DNA of 64,000 nt from IMG/VR virus record IMGVR_UViG_3300043449_002688, positions 90,802-154,801 of that record, one strand, 5' to 3'. This DNA is from a virus. Under the pieces are notes generated by a model, which saw only the letters and a program-made list of their open reading frames with translations, ran no database searches and was not told the DNA's origin. Numbering within the stretch: position 1 is the stretch's first letter; every line of letters begins with the position of its first letter. Below, one piece after another: positions 8,462-19,200 of the stretch. A program made the position numbers and the translations under genes.

Positions 8462-8591
8462 GGCTTTATGGAGCTTTTAATTGTTAGCCCTGTAATTCTT
8501 TTCTGTACTTTAGTTTTAGCAGTTGGCTTTTTAAAGTTAACTGAACATTTCGATTCCGAAGATTAATCTTTTAAAAATTAAAGGCAATAAA

Positions 8592-8816
8592 ATGAAAACA
8601 AAGTTTTATGCAAAAGATACAAGTAACGGCGATTTTTTTCCAGAACCTAAATTAATCCAAGCCGATATGGGCATTCTTATTGAGTATGGAAACAAAAAAT
8701 TTACTATTCAAGAAGATAATTTCGGCAGGCTCATTCTAACGTCTGTCGGTTCAGGATTAGGTTTGGTTTTAACGCCCAGAAGCTGGAATTCTGTTGTTAT
8801 AAGTTCTGAAGATTAA
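8592..8816 (+). CDS. hypothetical protein
   Basis: 74 aa, AAGG upstream. Confidence 0.6.
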   Translation: MKTKFYAKDTSNGDFFPEPKLIQADMGILIEYGNKKFTIQEDNFGRLILTSVGSGLGLVLTPRSWNSVVISSED

Positions 8817-8901
8817 ATCTCAAAACAATACATATATAAAAAATACTTGATTATTTTTATAGTCATGGTATTCTGTATTTGTAAGTAGGTAATTAACTGA
8901 A
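8816..8901 (+). repeat. 86-bp direct repeat copy 1 containing an early promoter
   Basis: Identical to 9316-9401 except one base; contains TTGATT-16-TATTCT. Confidence 0.9.
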
Positions 8902-8931
8902 ACTAGACATTTTTATTTGATGTGGTGATTA

Positions 8932-9105
8932 GTGGAGATTTATTTTGGCATCGGTTTTGGGGTTTGGCTGGGTTTATTCTCTTACCGACTTAAAAGAGAC
9001 AAGTTTAAGTATATTATGTACCATGTAACCCCTATAAGTTTTTTGAGGGGTTTTATAGGTGCGGTTTTATTTTGGCCCATTTGCATATTTTTAATCCAGG
9101 AGTGA
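8932..9105 (+). CDS. two-TM membrane peptide (57 aa)
   Basis: Hand-translated from GTG: MEIYFGIGFGVWLGLF...FIGAVLFWPICIFLIQE*; GTGA overlap with the next ORF. Confidence 0.45.
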   Translation: MEIYFGIGFGVWLGLFSYRLKRDKFKYIMYHVTPISFLRGFIGAVLFWPICIFLIQE

Positions 9106-9350
9106 TTAGAAAAAATATCCAGCGTCCTCCCTGTCCGTTTAATGATTTTGGTAAAAATCGTAATCCAGAAAATGATATGATCGAAAGTTCTGGTGGTCTT
9201 TGTGGCGTTAAGCCTGGACTTAAAAGCATTGGTTGGGATTTTGAAAATCATATTGACAATTCAAAATTTGAAGTTACTTGCCCTAAATGCAAGAAGAAGC
9301 TCGAAAAGTTAGTTGAATCTCAAAACAATACATATATAAAAAATACTTGA
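9102..9350 (+). CDS. Cys-rich hypothetical protein
   Basis: LCG...VTCPKC; GTG at 9102 is in frame with track ORF 9072. Confidence 0.5.
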   Translation: MIRKNIQRPPCPFNDFGKNRNPENDMIESSGGLCGVKPGLKSIGWDFENHIDNSKFEVTCPKCKKKLEKLVESQNNTYIKNT

Positions 9351-9401
9351 TTATTTTTATAGTCATGGTATTCTGTATTTGTAAGCAGGTAATTAACTGA
9401 A
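9316..9401 (+). repeat. 86-bp direct repeat copy 2 containing an early promoter
   Basis: Exactly 500 bp downstream of copy 1. Confidence 0.9.
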
Positions 9402-9411
9402 GGAGGACCCA

Positions 9412-9570
9412 ATGATCAAAGTAACTTATAAAAGCAATTATAAAGTTAAAGAAGGTCGTAAGTGGGTCGAAAAAACTTCTCAGTGGGATGAAGTGATTAA
9501 AACTGAAGCCGACGCTAGATTGCGAGCTTTGGCCCTTAACTGGCAAATCGTTAAGGTGGAGTCTGTATGA
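9412..9570 (+). CDS. small early protein (52 aa)
   Basis: Perfect AAGGAGG SD right after the promoter; MIKVTYKSNY...KVESV*; ATGA-coupled. Confidence 0.65.
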   Translation: MIKVTYKSNYKVKEGRKWVEKTSQWDEVIKTEADARLRALALNWQIVKVESV

Positions 9571-9833
9571 AAAATTTAGCACAAATGATGCAAAGAGTTT
9601 TTCAAATTAAAAAGGGCGATATTTTAACTAAAGGCGACCTTTATATAATGAATCAAGCAACTGATCAAATTTTGTCCGAATATGATACCTTAAATCCTGA
9701 TTCTTTTGATGATTCACAAAAATTAGACGAATATGATTATTTTTTGGATTATTGTGAAGAAAGTCTAACTGATAGCCTAAAAAAGGCTAGGATTAGAGAG
9801 AGTGGTTTAAAGCTCGTAGTCAATAATTCTTAA
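9567..9833 (+). CDS. hypothetical protein
   Basis: 88 aa, coupled to the upstream ORF. Confidence 0.6.
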   Translation: MKNLAQMMQRVFQIKKGDILTKGDLYIMNQATDQILSEYDTLNPDSFDDSQKLDEYDYFLDYCEESLTDSLKKARIRESGLKLVVNNS

Positions 9834-9862
9834 AAAACAATTTTGTCGAATTTGGATATCAT

Positions 9863-10018
9863 ATGAAAAAACAAATTGATAAAAAAGTCAGAGCAAAAGC
9901 TTTAAAGGATTTGACTAAAAACGGCAAAAACCGTTATATGATTGCGCAATTAGACCGTCTCATGTCAGACAAAGAGACCCTAGAAATCCTCAACGCTTTA
10001 TTTGCTGCGACAAATTAA
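9863..10018 (+). CDS. small hypothetical protein (51 aa)
   Basis: Hand-translated MKKQIDKKVRAK...AATN*. Confidence 0.45.
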   Translation: MKKQIDKKVRAKALKDLTKNGKNRYMIAQLDRLMSDKETLEILNALFAATN

Positions 10019-10020
10019 TA

Positions 10021-10049
10021 TTGCTTTTTTAATTAAACTTTGACAGAAT
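10021..10049 (+). promoter_or_regulatory. sigma70-type promoter for the tRNA
   Basis: TTGCTT-17-CAGAAT with TG extension, 6 nt before the tRNA. Confidence 0.5.
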
Positions 10050-10055
10050 ACACAT

Positions 10056-10132
10056 GGACACTTAGCTTAGCTGGTGAAAGCATCCCGCTCATAACGGGAG
10101 GATCGTAGGTTCGAGTCCTACAGTGTCCACCA
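10056..10132 (+). tRNA. tRNA with CAT anticodon (probably tRNA-Ile2, otherwise elongator Met)
   Basis: Cloverleaf: GGACACT/AGTGTCC acceptor, TCCCG-CTCATAA-CGGGA anticodon arm, GTAGG-TTCGAGT-CCTAC T arm, encoded CCA. Confidence 0.95.
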
Positions 10133-10398
10133 TTTTTCGCTGGAGTTTTTATGCTCTTACTTATGACTTATTTCGTTGCTATCCATACTGCCGCAGTCGT
10201 AATTGATTTGTGTAACAAATCGTTAAATTAAAGAGTTATAGCGCCTCAATTTGAGACATGGAGTTTAAGGATCTTTGCTTTTAAGCCAAAATATAGATCG
10301 AAACTCTAGTTTTAGGTCTATTTTTAAAGAAAATGGAGCGGTCTCTTTAGAAAAGAGCTAATATATAGACTAGTAACAAATGATATTTAGGAGATATT

Positions 10399-10614
10399 AT
10401 GGCAATGGGTATATTAAAATATAAACTGCCGGAAGAAAAATCAGAATTTGAATTGGCTCAAGCTGCCGGAGGTCTTTATTCAGATATTTATACCTTTGAA
10501 CAGTGGCTTCGTTCAGTATGGAAATATTCAGACAAAAAAGAGCTTACAGTTCAAGAAATTCGTGATAAATTTTACGAAGTAATGCAAACGTATCAAAACA
10601 TAGAAGAAGATTAA
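10399..10614 (+). CDS. conserved phage hypothetical protein
   Basis: AGGAG SD; LKYKLPEE..EF..A motif. Confidence 0.65.
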   Translation: MAMGILKYKLPEEKSEFELAQAAGGLYSDIYTFEQWLRSVWKYSDKKELTVQEIRDKFYEVMQTYQNIEED

Positions 10615-10686
10615 AAGGTGTTGATATGAACGGTGTATTGGTGTTATTATTAGTAGTGTTAATCCTCATCTCTCTATCTGACTAAG

Positions 10687-10920
10687 GTGGTAAGTATGAA
10701 GCAAGGTTGGGTTCTTATTAATTGGACTGGCAATCGTTGGGTTACTAATGGGCCAAAAGTTTATGAGGACTTAAACGAAGCTAAATACGAAGCTAAGCAA
10801 GCTGAATTGCCGTACACAAGAACTCTACATATTACTTGGTTAGATTGCCTGGAAGAATGGCCTGAACCTGACTTTTTCCAAAAACTAGAAAAAGAAAGAT
10901 TAATCAATGAAAAAGAATAA
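10687..10920 (+). CDS. hypothetical protein
   Basis: 77 aa ORF. Confidence 0.55.
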   Translation: MVSMKQGWVLINWTGNRWVTNGPKVYEDLNEAKYEAKQAELPYTRTLHITWLDCLEEWPEPDFFQKLEKERLINEKE

Positions 10921-11080
10921 TGTTTATTACATGTCTGCTTTTATTAGCCAAACTCGTGAAATGGCAGTAAAACATTCCTCTCTTTTGAAAAACATAAAAG
11001 ACTATGCTGAGACTGGCGAAAACAAATATTTGGATAAATCTAAAATGCGCAAACCTAATGGGTCTTTACCTAAGCGCTAA
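10907..11080 (+). CDS. small hypothetical protein (57 aa)
   Basis: Hand-translated MKKNNVYY...LPKR*; overlaps the upstream stop. Confidence 0.45.
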   Translation: MKKNNVYYMSAFISQTREMAVKHSSLLKNIKDYAETGENKYLDKSKMRKPNGSLPKR

Positions 11081-11201
11081 TATTTATCTTACGCAAATGC
11101 CGTAAGATTTTACGCAATCTTAATAAAACAATTTAATTTACAATCCCTTGCAGATGGATTTGCGAGGGTTGTACCCTTTTGATACGTTCATAAAAATATA
11201 T

Positions 11202-11230
11202 TTGCAAAAGTTACACAGCAATCATATACT
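11202..11230 (+). promoter_or_regulatory. sigma70-type promoter (TTGCAA-17-TATACT)
   Basis: Upstream of AGGAGG and the PIN-like gene. Confidence 0.55.
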
Positions 11231-11258
11231 GATTATGCACTAACCAAAAGGAGGAATT

Positions 11259-11540
11259 ATGCGTATCGCTCTAGACAATAATTGCCCAAGCTGTGTAATT
11301 AAAAAACTAGAAAAAAATGGCCACACTGTAGTTTTATATGCTAGACATGAAATGGATGAAGATTGGGTAAGTACAGCTCTTTCTCTTGGCGCAGATCTAT
11401 TTATATCAAATGATCTAGATATCGTTAATATGCTTGATCGTTGGAATGAATCAGCAGCTTTCATTGAGTTGCCTCAACGAGTATCTGGCTACAGACTTTC
11501 AGAATGGATTGTCAAACAAGTAAAACTTTTGGCTGCATAA
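11259..11540 (+). CDS. DUF5615 / Mut7-C-type PIN-like domain protein
   Basis: MRIALDNNC...L...GH.V...DEDW..A......IS.D.D acidic pattern. Confidence 0.7.
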   Translation: MRIALDNNCPSCVIKKLEKNGHTVVLYARHEMDEDWVSTALSLGADLFISNDLDIVNMLDRWNESAAFIELPQRVSGYRLSEWIVKQVKLLAA

Positions 11541-11635
11541 TAATTGTCTTGTTTTGATATAATTGTAAAAATATAATTGTTTTTGAAATAAAAGTATAAT
11601 AATATAAATAAAGAACACAAACAGAGGAGTTTAGA

Positions 11636-12586
11636 ATGGCACATGAAGTAGAAAATATGATGTACGTTGGTTCACGCCCTTGGCATGGTCTTGGCCGCGC
11701 TTTCGAGGTTCCACCTACGTTAGAAGAGGCTATCATTGCTGCTGGACTCAACTGGAATGTCGGTCTGAGAAAGTTACAGACTGTAGACACTATGGAAGCT
11801 GTTTCAGCTATGGCGACTTACCGAGAGACCGATAACCGTATCCTTGGGGTAGTAGGCCCTAATTATCGCCCGCTGCAGAACTCAGAAGCTTTTGATTTCT
11901 TCCGTCCGTTTATTGATGCTAACGAAGCTTCAATTGAGACTGCAGGCTCTTTGCGTGATGGTCAACGAGTGTTTGTTTTAGCTAAAATTAACCGTGACCC
12001 AATGGTTGTAAAAGGTAATGACGTAGTAGACAAATACGTTCTACTTTCTAACTCACATGATGGCACTTTGGCCGTTAGAGTTGGGTTTACGCCAATCCGA
12101 GTAGTTTGCAATAATACTTTGACTTTGGCTCATAACGACAAAGCATCAAGACTACTTCGCGTCAAGCATAGTGGTAATTTGGTACAAAACTTGGAAAAAA
12201 TCCAAGAAGTAATGAACTTGGCTAACGCTGAGTTTGAAGCTACTGCAGAACAGTACAGAGTTTTGGCTTCTAAGCAAATTAGCTCGCAAGATCTGGAAAA
12301 GTACGTTAAAATCGTATTTGCCCAGAAAAAGACTCTGGAAGAAAAGTCTGTAGAAGAAATTAATTCACGAGTTATTAGCAGCGTACTTCCTTTGTTTGAG
12401 CAAGGTCGTGGAAACGACATGCAAGAGATTAAAGGCACTTACTGGGCTGCGTACAATGCAGTAAATGAATACCTTCAATATGAGCGTGGAGAAACAGAGC
12501 AAAGCCGATTTGACAGCTTGTGGTTTGGTTCTTCTGCACAGTTGAACAAAAAAGCTTTGGAAACAGCTTTGATAATGGCTGCTTAA
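11636..12586 (+). CDS. DUF932 family phage/plasmid protein (TIGR03299-like)
   Basis: MAHEVE...PWHGLG, YRPLQN, ETAGSL, LSNSHDG, TPIRVVCNNTL, GTYWAAYNAVNEY. Confidence 0.9.
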   Translation: MAHEVENMMYVGSRPWHGLGRAFEVPPTLEEAIIAAGLNWNVGLRKLQTVDTMEAVSAMATYRETDNRILGVVGPNYRPLQNSEAFDFFRPFIDANEASIETAGSLRDGQRVFVLAKINRDPMVVKGNDVVDKYVLLSNSHDGTLAVRVGFTPIRVVCNNTLTLAHNDKASRLLRVKHSGNLVQNLEKIQEVMNLANAEFEATAEQYRVLASKQISSQDLEKYVKIVFAQKKTLEEKSVEEINSRVISSVLPLFEQGRGNDMQEIKGTYWAAYNAVNEYLQYERGETEQSRFDSLWFGSSAQLNKKALETALIMAA

Positions 12587-12658
12587 TTAATTGATTTTTA
12601 AAATGTGATGGATTACACTAAACCCATGGATGGGTTTTTAATTAATGAGGTAAAAAAA

Positions 12659-12850
12659 ATGAGCGATAAGGTTCCAGATTTTAATCCAGAAGATGCAGTT
12701 GAACTAAGCGAACAGGAATCGGCTGCATTTGGAAATTTAGTTAAACAAATGGATGAAGCTATGAAAGCTGGCGATGATGAGCTTTTGGTATCATTGAGAG
12801 GTCAAATGGACGAGTTCTTCAAGCAAGTTTCTGAAAGCAGAACAAAGTAA
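12659..12850 (+). CDS. hypothetical helical protein
   Basis: GAGG SD before ATG 12659 (track start 12605); TTGATT-17-TACACT promoter at 12591-12619. Confidence 0.6.
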   Translation: MSDKVPDFNPEDAVELSEQESAAFGNLVKQMDEAMKAGDDELLVSLRGQMDEFFKQVSESRTK

Positions 12851-12896
12851 TATGGCTAAACGCGCCTTTGAAGTTTCTTCTGTTTTCGGAGTTTTC

Positions 12897-13091
12897 ATGG
12901 GGAAAGTTATTTCATTGGATGAGTTTAAACGCCTCAAGGAACGAGGCGAATCTATTCAGAAGCTACTAAAAATAGCCATGGAAGCGGCGGAGAACGGTAA
13001 CGAAGAGCTACTTTTGGCCATGGAAGATGAGCTAGAAGAATTATTAGAATTAGAATTAGAATTAAATTTAATTAAAGACAAGGATGAATAA
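12897..13091 (+). CDS. hypothetical helical protein, distant paralog of 12659-12850
   Basis: GGAG before ATG 12897; shares an A...G..ELL....E pattern. Confidence 0.55.
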   Translation: MGKVISLDEFKRLKERGESIQKLLKIAMEAAENGNEELLLAMEDELEELLELELELNLIKDKDE

Positions 13092-13196
13092 CAGGGAGCA
13101 AGGAAGCTCCCGTTGTAAGCATTTAGCAGGACGCTATTTTGAGCAGGACGCTCAGTGCTTATGGTTCCCCAGCTCCGTAAAAAGAGCTGGGTTTTT
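13078..13196 (+). ncRNA. CsrB/RsmZ-like RNA element with GGA-loop hairpins
   Basis: ACAAGGATG, GGGAGC-AAGGAA-GCTCCC, TAGC-AGGAC-GCTA and TGAGC-AGGAC-GCTCA, followed by an intrinsic terminator. Confidence 0.6.
13168..13196 (+). terminator. Rho-independent terminator
   Basis: CCCAGCTC/GAGCTGGG stem plus TTTTT at the convergence with the late module. Confidence 0.85.
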
Positions 13197-13200
13197 ATTT

Positions 13201-16200
13201 TTAATTTGAAATTAAACTAACTGTAATATCTGCTGTAGGGTCAACAATGTAAGCTTTTTCAAATGCAGCAACTGGTATTAGATCATTTGCAGAAGAGTAG
13301 GACGGAGAAGTTACAGCTACTGCTACAACGCCAGGAATATAGTTGGCTGCAGATACCATTTCGCTGATAGAAACAGATTGACCTACTCCAAGAGCATTAA
13401 CATAACCAGCAATTGCAGCTTTTACGTTTTCTCTAATTTCAGAGAAAGGTACTCCAGTTTTAACTCGAACTGTAAATGCAGCAGTAATTCTACGAACAAT
13501 TGCTTGTTTAATATCAATGTCAGTACCTGCTGCCCTAACACCAGGATAAGTTAATGGATCTGATGAATCGCCATAAATAATACGGTTAAGCTCTTTAACA
13601 AGACCTTGATAATAAATATAAGAATCTATACCAAAATTAAGCGATTGATTAAATCCAAGCTTTCCAGATACAGACAATGTTGCACCTAAAGAAGCACTGA
13701 CTTTATCCATCAGTTCTGGGGTATTAAAAAGAACTGTAGCTTGAGAAGCATTGGTCGGTCCAACTGCAAAGACTTTTTTGTATAAAGTTATCGGATCTTT
13801 TTCTTCTACATTTACATTTAAATATTCTCCGCCCAATGCAGCAGAAATGCTTTGGTTGAAAGTAGGAGATATGTAAATTCTACTAGGAGTTGGGAATGGA
13901 GTGTTATTATCTGCAGGTCCCAATACTGTATATCTGCCATAGTTTTGTGGACTCAAAATGTTTGTAGCAATATTTAAAACATCTCCTGGCATAACTGAAT
14001 CGTATGAATAAAAATTGATATTGTTTACGTCGCCAACTTGAGCAATTTCTTCTACGCCATTGTCGTTTTTAATCCAGAAGGCATTTCCAAACACTCGAAC
14101 AACTTGGAAAGTTCCTAGATTGCCTTTGTTGAATTCGCGCTTTTCCCAATAAGTGCTATTTGCAGCATCAGGAAGATTGCCAATATTTCCGTTAACGAGA
14201 GAAGCATAGATAGTTCCAGCATAGAAAACTCTTTGATCAACTGCATAAGTAGTAGAATTAGACCAATCAGTTGTAGCGTTTTCTTCTGAAATTCTTACCC
14301 AATCACCTTCTTTTACTCCGCCAGCTAGCAAACCAAGAGAACTTCCAGCGATTGGAATATAAGCCATGAAGTCGCCATGTTTTTCTATCTTAAACTTAAC
14401 AGTAGTATTTAGAGTAATAGTGCGTTTAGTCTGGAAAGTACCAGGACCAGTGATATCGACCCATCCTCCGGCGTTATTTAAAGAAAGGGTTGTTGTGGTG
14501 TCAAACCCAAGAGATTTGTTTTGTCGAACTGTATTTTTTATAGTTACCCATTGATTAGGCAACAAACCTTTTTTAGTTTCAAAAGGTACTTGTATTGCAC
14601 CAAGTTTATTGTTAACTTTTCGGCCTGAGCCTGAAGTAGCGATTTCAACTCTATTAGAAGTTCCACCAGCAATTTGAATGCTGCCAGTTGTACCAAATGT
14701 TTTAGTAGAAATCTGTAATTGCTTTCCGTATTTTGAAAGATTAATATTAGCTACATTTGAAAGACCAGTAACTGATAGTTTATTCCAAAACCTAACAAGT
14801 TGTTCAGATGTAACTGCTACAAGTCTAATTTCTTCGCCAATTTCAGGCTCTGTTACCCAAGATTTTTTAACCTGGAACATTGGGTCATATTGAGCGGCAG
14901 CAAGGTTAGTAGTTTTGATCGAGTTTTCGCCATCGCTCATCATTAAATATTTAGTTGAACCGATTACAGTTCCAACAATAGTATTCGTAGAACTGCTCGT
15001 AGCAATTATTGAAGATTGAGTCTCTATAATGTTTTTAGCTAAAGCAGGGTCATAATAAGAATCTATAACCACATAGCTGCCACTATAAGATTGATAAGAA
15101 GGTGTGGCTATTGTTATCTTAATATCTGCTCCTTTTGGAAGCAGAGTATTTGTTGCAAATCTTACAAATCTAGAGCTAGATCTAATGTAGAGATTTGTAA
15201 CCGTAGTGCTTATGTATCCGCTAGAAAGTAATATATCTTCAGTAGAAAGATCTATTATATCTTCTGTCGTTCCATCAGGGCCGATTTCTGCCAAAGCTCT
15301 ATTTGGTAAATAAGTTGCTACATAATCTACTATATCTTGAGCTGTAGTGTTACATGAACCAAACTGTAGGTTTTCGTCAGCTTGCCCGCCTAAACATCTA
15401 GCTAGATAACCTTGATCTACACATTCACCGTAAGTACCTCCAGTAGCCGAAGCATTTCCACCAACTGGGTAAGTAAATGTAAACATGCTTGAGTTGTAAG
15501 TATTTACTGTAAAAGTTCCATTCAAAGATTCAACAGTAGTTTGCCAGTAAGCAGTTGCAGAACTTGGTATGTTGTTTGTGTTGCTTGCCTGTAATGAGAT
15601 ATAAGTTTGGCCTAAATATTCAACTAAATCATTAACTCCATAAGTTGTAGCACTACTCCAATCCGCCAAATCACTATTACTAATACGAACAATATCTCCA
15701 ACTAATAGACCTACAGTTGAAGCTGTATTAACTGTAACAGTATTACCTACTTTAGTAATAGAAGTAATATTTGTTAGCGCAGAAGGTGCTTTAGATTGGA
15801 AGTCTACTCGTCCAGTGTTAATGCTTCCAGCAGTAGATCCAGGTTTAATGTACTGAAATTGATTTGTTCCCAAAACTCTATAAACTGCAGTTAATCCATT
15901 ATAAGGAGTGCCTGCATTTGAGACTAAAATAACATTTCCTTCGCTTAAATTATGGGCCGTAGAAGTTGTAATAGTTACAAGATTGTTGGAATGAACACCG
16001 TAAGTAATGTTACTTCCAATTCCTAAACTAGGAGCTTTAACTGTGAACTTAGTTGAGTTTACTATACTGTCAATAGCATAAGTTCCATTAATTGGGCTAT
16101 TAATTCCATCAGAAAGTACAGTGCCTGCTAAGCCAATTCTTTGTCCTTTTATAGCATTGTGAGCAGCAGTTGTTTCTACAGTAATAACCCCATTTTTATT

Positions 16201-19200
16201 TTCTAAGCTAGTAAAGTATAATTTATCAGAAACATAATCGCCAGTTGGAACTTCAACAGTAAATGAAGTTGGGGTAACATTTGTAACTTTACCTGTAATA
16301 TTTTTATTAGCAGCTAAGAAATCCGTTGTTCCGATATTAACGACATCGCCTACATGAACTTCTGCTGCGCCAACGTCAAATCCAGTGAATGTACCTACTT
16401 CATAAGTAAAGGTAAGAATATCTTTTGCTCCGCTAGTAGTTTTTTCTATAGTAAAGGCTGTAGTATTATCCCAATTTGGAAGTCTTGGCTCTACGATTGG
16501 TAATGTAATGGCTAAATCAATTACTTCTGAAGCAGTAAGAGTATGAGTAAGTCCGGTTACATCGTTTGATTTAGGGTAAATAAAGCCTACTCGCATTTTA
16601 TTGCCAGAAGGACCAAAGTCTGCTGCCTTCATCTTCAAGCTAAAAGTATCTCCTGTAAGATTTACATTTGCTTGTCTAAATACTTTAAAGTTATCAAAAA
16701 CAAATCCATTAAAAGAAGATGGACTGTTTAAGGGTAAGTTTGATTCTAAGTCTGTTGCTGAAAAATCTTGTTGCGTAGGAGCTGAATTACCTGATACTAA
16801 AAGTTTACGTGAAACTGGTAAAGTATAAGTTTTAACTTGAGCGTCTTGATCGGCAACAACTAAAGAAGAATCTTCAGAATCAAATTTATAAGAAGACCTT
16901 AAGAAATACCTGTCAGAACTTTGTATATATGATCTTTTAGCAAAATTAGGTAAATTACTGTTATATGTACTAGGAACCAAATTTGGATTTAAATATGAAG
17001 GTGGTAAATAATTCAAATAATTATTAGCATCGTTATATTCAACTGCAAAAATCCTTTCATTTTTATTGCTTTCAGGAATAATAGTTTCAGTTGTAGTATT
17101 ATTTTTTGGAACTATTTCCAAGAAGTCTGCTTCATCTCCACCTAAATTTTTGTAATTAGAAACAGTAATAGTTGTTCCGTCAATTCCAGTCCCAAGCGTA
17201 CCATATGTAAATGACGGAAACCCAACTTCAGAATCTGTTTTTGCCACAAATCCGTAATGTGATGGGATGTTTTTTCTAGCCACATTTAATGGTAAGTTCA
17301 ATGCTTGTCCGCCTTGATCCATTGCTGCTATAAAAATTTCACCATTTGAATCTAAACTTATTGTAGAAAATCTAATTTTAGAGCCAATGATTTCTGCATC
17401 TACTCCAGATAGCTGTATTTTTGTTTCATTAATAAAATCAACTAATGACCCTGGAGTAAAGTTAAGCTCTTGCATAGGGGCAGAAGATCTAATGATAGCT
17501 ATTCGGTTTGTATTAACAGTAACAGAGCCAGAAATTGGGCGAGAAACTGCACCGTCATCAACAATAATTTGACCTAATGAAGCTTCTTCTATTCTCCAGA
17601 ATCCTTGAAAATTTTTTAAAACAGTTGGATCATCTGGATTAGCCCAAACTAATAACCAATCATTTTTTTCTGCTAGATCAAATCCTTCAGGAGAACCGCC
17701 CAATGATTCAGAATTAATAGTAAGTTTTGTTCCTGATTTACTAAAAGTAAGAGTAGAATTTATATTTAATTTATTTGGAATATTTACACTATCGCCATCC
17801 ATCAAAAACCATATTCTACCATAAGAAGAAATACCATTTAAAGGTGCGCTAGTTACATTTCCTCTTGCGTATTGAGACCCAGCAGTAATTTTGTCTTTTG
17901 GTTCTAATGGAATAGTAAATCCGATTTGCCCAGTTTGTTTGTTAAGAGTAAAATCTGATTGTTGGCCTGTTGAGCTTAAATCTGCTTCAGCATTAAAGAT
18001 TTGAGGTAAGAGTGTTCCGCCTGTAAAAAGTAAAGAAGCTTCACTGCTAACTCCTCTGGCAGAAGTAAATGCCAATCTCTCACCTACTATTGTTGTAATA
18101 ACCCCAGGCATTTTAGCGTTAAATACTTTAGCCCAAGTTTCCAGAGAAGTTGTTGATGAAACAGAAGCTTGTGGATCAATTTTTTGAAAATCTACGTTAT
18201 TAAATGTAACTGTAATTTCTTCTGTATTATCTACAATATAAGAAAGAGTTACACCGGCTGAAATACCTACTAACCAATCTGATTTTAAATTAGTATAAAT
18301 TCTAGCAACTTTGCCATCTTGGAATAAAGGTATGTCATTTTTATAAAGTCTGATTGTTAAAATTTCTTCTTTTGGAAAATTAAAGATGTCGTTAGCATCT
18401 TCGCCTTGTGTATAATCTACAACTTTAATTGAGTTAACGTCTCTGTCTCTTGGATAAAGTGCTAGGCTAGTTCCACCATTTAATGTAGCAGCGTTAAAGT
18501 TTAGTGAAGTATTTCCATTAATACTGGACATAACTTCAAAACAAGTTGCAGAACTTGGTACTGTAAAGTCTGCAATATTAAAATTATGCACAGTTTGAAC
18601 GCCGTTTATTTCTACTGCTAAAGAAGGTGAGTTTTCTAAATTATAAGGACCTGGAGTATAATTTTGTACAGTAGCTTGAGCGATTGGTTTTTGTCGAAGC
18701 TGAACTTCTATTTCTCCACCTACAGCTTCATCTACTACCGTTTCAAATTTTGAACCAACAAAATTAGGCTCGTATCCAGTTCCGTCATCAAATATTAATG
18801 CTGCTGTAGAATCAGGATATTCAATTACTTTTGCTGAAGCGACTTTTTTTAGCTCATCTTTAGCGATTACTCCAATTGAATAATATTCAATTGCAGAAAT
18901 AATGCCTTTTGCTTTTGCTTGTTCATAGCTTTTAATTCTAGCTCTAATATCGTCATCAGTATCAGCATCTTTACCGTTAATAAATGCATTTTCGTTAAAA
19001 ATAGAAGCAGAGAAAGACATTCCAACAGCTTCTTTAATTGCACCGCGAGGTACATTCCCTGATGTTCCTGGTTGTTCACATTTTACAGGAACATTCGTTA
19101 TGGTAGTTTCTCCATCAATGATTGTAACTTTTGTAGTTGTTTTAAATACAGAAGGACTACCATTAACATCAGGTGCAGTTCTAACAGAAGCTCCTACATT

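Noticed and set aside
13044-13066. (TTAGAA)n microsatellite
   Set aside because: Only three to four units encoding LELELE; no evidence of a separate function.
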